From Octopus vulgaris (lineage: Eukaryota): 64,000 nt of DNA. The stretch is from the NCBI GenBank assembly GCA_951406725.2, contig OX597833.1:69440001-69504000 (forward strand). The letters run 5' to 3'. The notes below the pieces were generated by a model that worked only from the letters and a program-made list of their open reading frames with translations, searched no databases and was not told the DNA's origin. This document shows, one piece after another, positions 57,125 through 64,000 of the stretch (within the stretch, counting starts at the first letter, position 1; each line of letters begins with the position of its first letter). Both the position numbers and the translations under genes were made by a program.

Positions 57125-57183
57125 GTGATTGTCGTGCGCTGACGACGGGTAAATAACCAGAAACTCGGGTCCGTGCGTATCAC
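57125..57183 (+). ncRNA. Type I hammerhead ribozyme motif with extended stem I
   Basis: GTGAT-tgt-CGTGCG-CTGACGA-C-GGGT-AAATA-ACCA-GAAA-CTCGG-GTC-CGTGCG-t-ATCAC. Stem I has 6 bp (2 G-U) plus a 5-bp distal helix. Stem III ACUCGGGU is self-complementary. Cleavage triplet GUC (after 57171). One mismatch at the base of stem II. Confidence 0.6.
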
Positions 57184-57966
57184 GTCAGATCGACGATGGG
57201 AAGGATGGCTTCCCTTTGCAAATACTGATAGCACACAGAAAATGTGTCAATAGCCAGCTGGAGAAGATGTTCTCCTGGAGCCACAAGCTACAGAAGCATC
57301 TTTTTTGTTGGTTATCCACATTTAAGTGACAAATATACTCCACGTTGTCCTGCAGCTACTGTTTATACCTCGTTCAAAGAGTTATTAAACCTAAATCATT
57401 TCGCTGAAATTTGAAACCTGAAACGTGTGCGGGTACCCGGTGAAAAGTCTGGGTCTCTGTTTAGTTTAGTATATTTAAACTGTTTTCCAGTGAAAAGGAA
57501 TACTATCCGAAGAGCGAGTAGGTCGAAATAACCATGGCTCGTAATTTAAGCACGCCACTAGCAATTTTGAGAAGATGGAATTGTAGTACCTACAATATAT
57601 TCCAATACTTCGAAATAATAGAAAGCAATGTCAACCTTTGTAGCGTTCGAGGTTCAACGTAAGGTGGACGAAATTGCACAAAGCATTTCGGTGCTTCCAT
57701 AACCATTCTGCCAACACTCAGCGAATGATATTGACTGTAGTGCCACGTTCTTTCCTTTTTATCGAATTCGTTCGGAGGTCTAGATTTGTTAATAAGAAGT
57801 ACAAGGAAATACGTTTCAATATTTATTTCATTACTCGAAGCGACGTGATTGTAACATTTGTAATTATTATCAAAGAAAGTTTATGTCTACTCACACCGAC
57901 ATATATACACTTACATCCATATACACAATTTGAGCATGAGCACAAACACGCACAGAAGCAGATACA

Positions 57967-58027
<61 letters not shown>

Positions 58028-58196
58028 TCATACATACATATATATGTATATATATATACCGGAGTAAACACATAAATGTGAAACAAGGTGGAAAAAAAGA
58101 GTACTCAAATACCAGTGGTAGAGTAATATGCTTTATTTAAAGCAGCAGAAATTTCAACAAAAAAATTTTGTTGAATTTTCTGCTGCTTTAAATCAA

Positions 58197-58247
<51 letters not shown>

Positions 58248-58329
58248 AGATAATAAAAATATATGCATACATACAAACATATATGTACGTACCTACATCT
58301 ACATGTATATATACATGCATATATAAATA

Positions 58330-58860
58330 ATTATACGGGAGTACAGGACATCACAAAAAGACGTAGAAACGGAAAAAGCCAAAAAACAAAAAACAAGAAA
58401 ACGGAAAACGAAAAACATGAAAACGAAAAACAAATACAGGACGAGCTACACAAGGACAAAACCCCCGTCATCAGCTGTCGCTAGAGGAGTCAGGCATGTT
58501 TCGAAGGCATAACAGAACACTAATCCAATAGGCCTTCCTGCGAGAGAATTAAAATAAAATTCTAAGCAGCGGGGCAAAATGAGTACGAACACAAACAAGA
58601 CGTAACAATAAGACTGCAAAATTAAAATACATGTACAAAAACAAACACACAAGAGGACGAACGAAAAAGCCTTCTTTCTGGCATAGACGAACAATAAAAC
58701 TGCAAAAATAAAAATACATGTACAAAAAGTACAATTAGTTACAAAACGAGAAAATAACAAGAATACTATACAGGAAATCAACCACACAAGGGGACGAACG
58801 AAGAGGCCTTTTGCTGGCAAGGACGAAAGTGTAGTAGCAGCGCGTGGAGGCAGTCTTTTC
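58330..58860 (-). repeat. Interspersed repeat with internal duplications, between TA tracts (Penelope-like 5' region candidate)
   Basis: Internal repeats AAAATACATGTACAAAAA (x2) and ACACAAG(A/G)GGACGAACGAA..GCCTT..CTGGCA (x2); related to 49020-49470; carries a CTGATGA/GAAA motif. Confidence 0.5.
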
Positions 58861-58918
58861 AAAAGTGGGAACTTTTATATATATATATGGGAACTTTTAT
58901 ATATATAAAGTGGGAACT

Positions 58919-58951
<33 letters not shown>

Positions 58952-58980
58952 GTATGTATGTATGTATATATATATGTATG

Positions 58981-59033
<53 letters not shown>

Positions 59034-59942
59034 GTATGTATGTATGTATATATATATACACACATCTGTTTTGAAACATTACAATAAATATTTCCCCTTG
59101 CGCAATAGATTAAGTCGTGGTGACCTCCAAACTGATGGTTGTGAAACTATATTTTTTTCTTTATTCTTAAAACTCACTGCATAAAGCATAAATAATTTTC
59201 GTTTTATGAAAATTTCAATTGCTGCTAGAACTAATGATGGAAAATAGATTTAGAAATGTCAAAAAAAACAAAAAACATTATCGTTTTATAAAGAACCAGC
59301 CATTTCATACAAGATATAACTTAACGTTCTCTATCTAAACCAAATTAAGAGTCTACCAGAATTCCTCTAAAATTATTGAGTTGTATCTAAAAAAAATGTT
59401 GTCTTGAAAGCATGCATTATCAAGTGGATAGAGTTAGATATGTGTAAAAAATATAATATGTAGAAGTTAGTAAAAATCCATTAAAGGAAACTGAATTTTC
59501 ATTTGTTTAAAGAAGAGAAAAGCGTTCTTTGTTTCCCGTTTATTCCTCCGACGTGAAACCTAGAAAATAATTTGAATATGCGTACAATATTTTTACAACT
59601 CAGTAATATCTATCTGTACACATACGAGGTCATATTTATGTATGATGTACTTTCACATTTACACACACACACACACACACACATACACACATATCTATGT
59701 ATGCTTCTGGTTATACAATATATATATATATATATATATATATGCATATATATACGTTTGTATATTTGTTTTGCAAGATTCTTGATGTGAAATCGTGTGT
59801 TGAAACAGATGTTGTATTTAGGAATGGTCATTTTGCCAGTTTAGCCAATAACGCTGAAGCAAATTAACACCAAATATATAGTGCGTGTGTTTTTATTGGC
59901 TAAACTGGCAAAATGACCATTCCTAAATACAACAACAACAAC

Positions 59943-60013
<71 letters not shown>

Positions 60014-60017
<4 letters not shown>

Positions 60018-60400
60018 GTCATCCTATAAATAATACGATTTGTTTATACTTCTTTAGTTTTTCAAAATTAAGATAAGCAACATTATTTTTTAAAACAAAT
60101 ATACTCTCCATTTTCTCCAATGCCTTTTTATCTATGTCTTAGGATTGCAACGCCCCTCTTCCCACTTGTTCACGACGTAATATACTCTTCCACAGCTGTT
60201 ATGACCTCGTTTACAAAATTATTATTTTTTCCGTTGAAATGAATTTGAAAACTGCGAATAAATGATAATCAGATGGGGCAATGTCCGGTGAATGGCATCG
60301 TTTCCCATTCAAACTGCTTCAGCCTTTGGAATGTCATTCGCGCTGTATGTGACCGAGCATTATCCTGATGGAAGCACGCTTTTTGTCTTGAAACAAAAGA
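60014..60400 (-). pseudogene. Mariner transposon 3' relic with TIR
   Basis: Minus strand reads FHQDNARSHTARMTFQRLKQFEWETMP / SPDIAPSDYHLF, the mariner HDNA and YSPDLAPxD motifs. TIR-like TTGGGTCATCCTATAAATAATACG begins immediately after TA at 60012-60013. Confidence 0.85.
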
Positions 60401-60453
60401 ACATAAAGTCTGACGGAATATCTCTATGATCTCGCCCGGCGTGCTAACGTCTC

Positions 60454-60934
60454 TTATTTCTTTACTGCCCACAAGGGGCTACACACAGATGGGGACAAAC
60501 AAGGACAGACAAACGGATTAAGTCGATTATATCGACCCCAGTGCGTAACTGGTATGTAATTTATCGTCCCCGAAAGGATGAAAGGCAAAGTTGACCTCGG
60601 CGGAATTTTAACTCAGAACGTAACGGCAGACGAAATACCTATTTCTTTACTACCCACTAGGGGCTAAACACAGGGAGGACAAACAAGGGCGAACAAAAAG
60701 TTTAAGTCGATTATATCCACCCCAGTGCGTAACTGGTACTTATTTAATCGATCTCGAAAGGATGAAAGGCAAAGTCAACCTCGGCGGATTTTGAACTCAG
60801 AACGTAACGGCAGACGAAATACCTATTTCTTTACTACCCACAAGGGGCTACACACAGATGGGGACAAACAAGGACAGACAAAATACGGCTACGCATTTCG
60901 CCCAGCGTGCTAACGTTTCTGCCAGCTCGCCGTC
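60454..60934 (-). mobile_element. SINE A tandem trimer (head-proximal unit internally deleted), apparently inserted in an older A head
   Basis: Junctions GAAATACCTATTTC at 60632-60645 and 60816-60829 (period 184 bp). Diverged A head remnant at ~60398-60453. Confidence 0.9.
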
Positions 60935-61267
60935 TTCCTGAAAGAATATTATAATACAAATGTTCAGTGTGACCAGACTTGTTTATTAGTCCAGACAGCT
61001 TGCATGAGTAAATCACAAAACACATTATATGAAAACTATAGAGAAGAAACAATTATAATTTAAGTTATACAGCAGCAATTTCTGCTCATCTTCACATTTT
61101 ACTGACCTGATATAATTAATTTCAGCACCTTGCTATAACAACGTTCATTCTTGTTGTATAGACAGAATGAAACTGCTTGGGTAAAAATTAATAGACGAAT
61201 TGAAGAAGAAAAGCAAAACGATGTGTGAATGTCGATGGTAACACGAAAATACAAAACAAATTGCATA

Positions 61268-61650
61268 GGCGTAGGTGTGGCTCTGTGTTAAGTAGCTTAC
61301 TTACCAACCACATGGTTCCGAGTTCAGTCTCACTGCGTGGAACCTTGGACAAGTCTTTTCTACTATAGCCTCAGACTGACCAAAGCCTTGTGAGTGGATT
61401 TGGTAGAGAGAAACTGAAAGAAACCCGTCGTATATATGTATATATATATATATATGTATGTGTGTGGATATTTGTTCGTTTCTGTTTGCCCCCCCTCCCC
61501 CCAACATCGCGTGACAACCGATGCTGGTGCGTTTACGCCCCCATAACTCAGTGGTTCGACAAAAGAAACCGATAGAATAAGTACTAGGCTTACAAACAAT
61601 GAATCCTGGGGTCGATTTTCTGAAACAAGTAAAGGAGTAAAGGAGTAAGG
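61268..61650 (+). mobile_element. SINE B, diverged, deletion in tail
   Basis: Colinear with 6824-7233; lacks the GGCGGTGCTCCAGCATGG segment. Confidence 0.88.
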
Positions 61651-62067
61651 AAAGCGTAATAAATTATTATTTTTTTTTTTTTTGCAAACAAGACGTGCAA
61701 AGAACAAACAAAATATTAAAGGCAACTAAAATGCCTGTATGTGTATAATATATGATCTTGATGTAAAATAGAAATCTCAGAGATGTTGAGCTGAAAGCAA
61801 CACATAATAGAAATAGTCAATAAGATGTTAGGTACTAGAGAAGCTATGAACCTGAGAGCAAACAGAATTCTATTGAGCAGGTGCGAGAGAATAAAGCTAG
61901 TAAGCAGAAAGAAAAAAAGAGATGTGATACTGACTAAATTTCACTTGCAAATGTGAAGATAAGTATCTACAAATGACGGAAAGACTGTCTTGTATGTGGG
62001 AACAGATCAATGACCCTATACTGGGAAATACAGAGACGTTCACACGCTCCGAAATACGTCAAGAACT

Positions 62068-62399
62068 CTTTAAAAAAAGACTCCGCCGGTTACGACGACG
62101 AGGGTCCCAGCTGATACGATCAACGGAACAGCTTGCTCGTGAAATTAACGTGCAAATGGCTGAGCATTCCACAGACACGTGTCCCCTTAACGTAGTTCTC
62201 GGGGATAATCAGCGTGACACAGAGAGTGACAAGGCTGACCCTTTGAAATACAAGTACAACTCATTTTTGCCAGCTGAGTGGACTGGAGCAACGTGAAATA
62301 AAGTGTCTTGCTCAAGGACACAACGCGTCGCCGGGAATCGAACTCACAACCTTACGATCATGAGCCGAATGCCCTAACCACTAAGCCACGCGCCCTCAC
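62068..62399 (-). mobile_element. tRNA-derived CORE-like SINE, family D (shares its 3' half with family C)
   Basis: Reverse complement: GAGGGCGCGTGGCTTAGTGGTTAGGG...GAGTTCGATTCCC, CORE-like GTGTCCTTGAGCAAGACACTTTA...CCAGTCCACTCAGCTG, then the family C 3' half. TSD CGTCAAGA(A/G)CT at 62057-62067 and 62400-62410. Confidence 0.9.
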
Positions 62400-63878
62400 C
62401 GTCAAGAGCTATTATCTGAAGTAATGATGTACATAATGAATTCGTATTTAAAAAGCAAATGCTGTAAAGATAACGAGGAAGCAAACAGAGATTACATACT
62501 CGGAATTAATTCTGCCCTTGCATCTTAACAGTTCTGAGATACCTTTTAAAATAGGTTTTGAAATAAAATATTTATGAATATTTTCATTTCCTTTAAGATC
62601 AATTATTCTTACTTACGTATCCTTCCTTAAAGATTCTGGAGCAGATAACTGTAGTTGAAAATTGAAAAAACATAAATAGTATATGACTAATTCAGATTTG
62701 TATATGTTAAATGGGGTTATGAAGTGCAGAAGGGCGATTGGTGTGGGGCAATAGGTGTGGTAAGAAAATAGAAAAATAGAAGAAAAACATGAGGTGGAAG
62801 GGCGAATAAGGAAAAAGACCAATTTCGAAGAAAGTCTAAAGAAAAGCACTTGTATATGTTTTTCAATTTCTTTGCTATTATTCTTATAAAGGTAGTCGTT
62901 TTGAGTTCTATAATGGTCACTAAAAGATCTTGTTTGCAATTAAATTGAGGTCTCAGGAAATTATTGGAGAATGTACTACTTATCGGTTGTGGAATAATTA
63001 ACACACACAACCTTGCCTGCAATTCTGCATAGTTTAGGCAGTTTTAAATTCTCTCCATGAATGTTATTCAACAGAAGGGCAAAATCTAGCAACCCTCAGA
63101 TATTCTAATTCTCTCTTATTGTCAATTAAATTAACGTCAATAATTAAGTGGTATGCTCAACATTTTTGAGACCGTGGAAAAATGAAGAGAGAAGAAATAC
63201 GATCTACAGTGGGAAATGAACTCTGAACTACAGGATCCAGAACAAGTAACCGCCAAGCATTTCCTGGAAATCTGGGGATCATGCCAACGACCGCCCATTC
63301 ACACTTACACTCACACCTTCAAATAACGTACACACATGCAAACATACATATAAGCATACACCGCATATACGTACACCACATATACATACTCATACAAATT
63401 CATATATAGAAATATATTAAGGCGTATTATGTTCACGTCAAGATGTCTATATAATTAATTCATTCTTAGAGATTATGAGGTTCCCAGGAGATTTATCCGC
63501 CCTTTTTTAATATTCTTGATAAATATATCGATTATTTTCTTTCTACAGAATTTAAAAATTGAGTGATGCGTATACGACTAACAGAACAGGAATATGTTTT
63601 TCGATCCATCAATATATTCGCCTTTTTTTTTTCATTCCATGCTATTTCTAATCCATCACGTTACATTTCCTTTGCATTTATTTAAATTCCTTACCAACAT
63701 ACACCTTCAATCATTGCAATTCATGCGATCTTGTTATTACGAGGGGCAAACAATAGGAACGCGAACTAAAATAAACACTTACATCTGTAGATATTATTCT
63801 TCAATATTATCGATAAATTACATGTACATACATGCAAACACACACACGTGGTGCGCACAGACACACACATACCCATAA

Positions 63879-63909
<31 letters not shown>

Positions 63910-64000
63910 TATATATACGTATATAACCGTATACGTACGCATATATATATATGTGTGTGTGTGTATATATGTATATCTAATTATCTCTATATGTACATAT

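Noticed and set aside
60454-60934. CRISPR-like or satellite array
   Set aside because: Units are 184-bp SINE bodies with no unique spacers, there are no cas genes, and the context is eukaryotic.

Overview
AT-rich, repeat-dense eukaryotic DNA, most likely intronic or intergenic sequence from an octopus (Octopus sp.). That assignment is inferred from the tRNA-derived SINEs, the R4/Dong and Penelope-like relics and the very long (TA)n/(CA)n tracts. I found no intact protein-coding gene: nearly every ORF in the track is a microsatellite translation or a read-through of a SINE. The window contains: five related tRNA-derived SINE families (my labels A-E, about 30 copies, many with readable target-site duplications); three decayed R4/Dong-type LINEs; a CR1/L2-type LINE 3' end; mariner, Tc1-like and hAT relics; a complete non-autonomous Helitron; a foldback element; and Penelope-like fragments. 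Four signals stand out. (1) SINE A forms head-plus-tandem 184-bp multimers with the same self-complementary junction five times, located at the loop of the head hairpin, which hints at a circular-RNA or template-jump amplification route. (2) There are several minimal hammerhead-ribozyme motifs with compensatory changes, one in a type II-like permutation. (3) The SINE families swap modules, and one shares a covarying 3' hairpin with the neighbouring LINE end. (4) There are candidate recursive (AG|GT) splice sites. All calls were made by eye; no database search or folding program was run.
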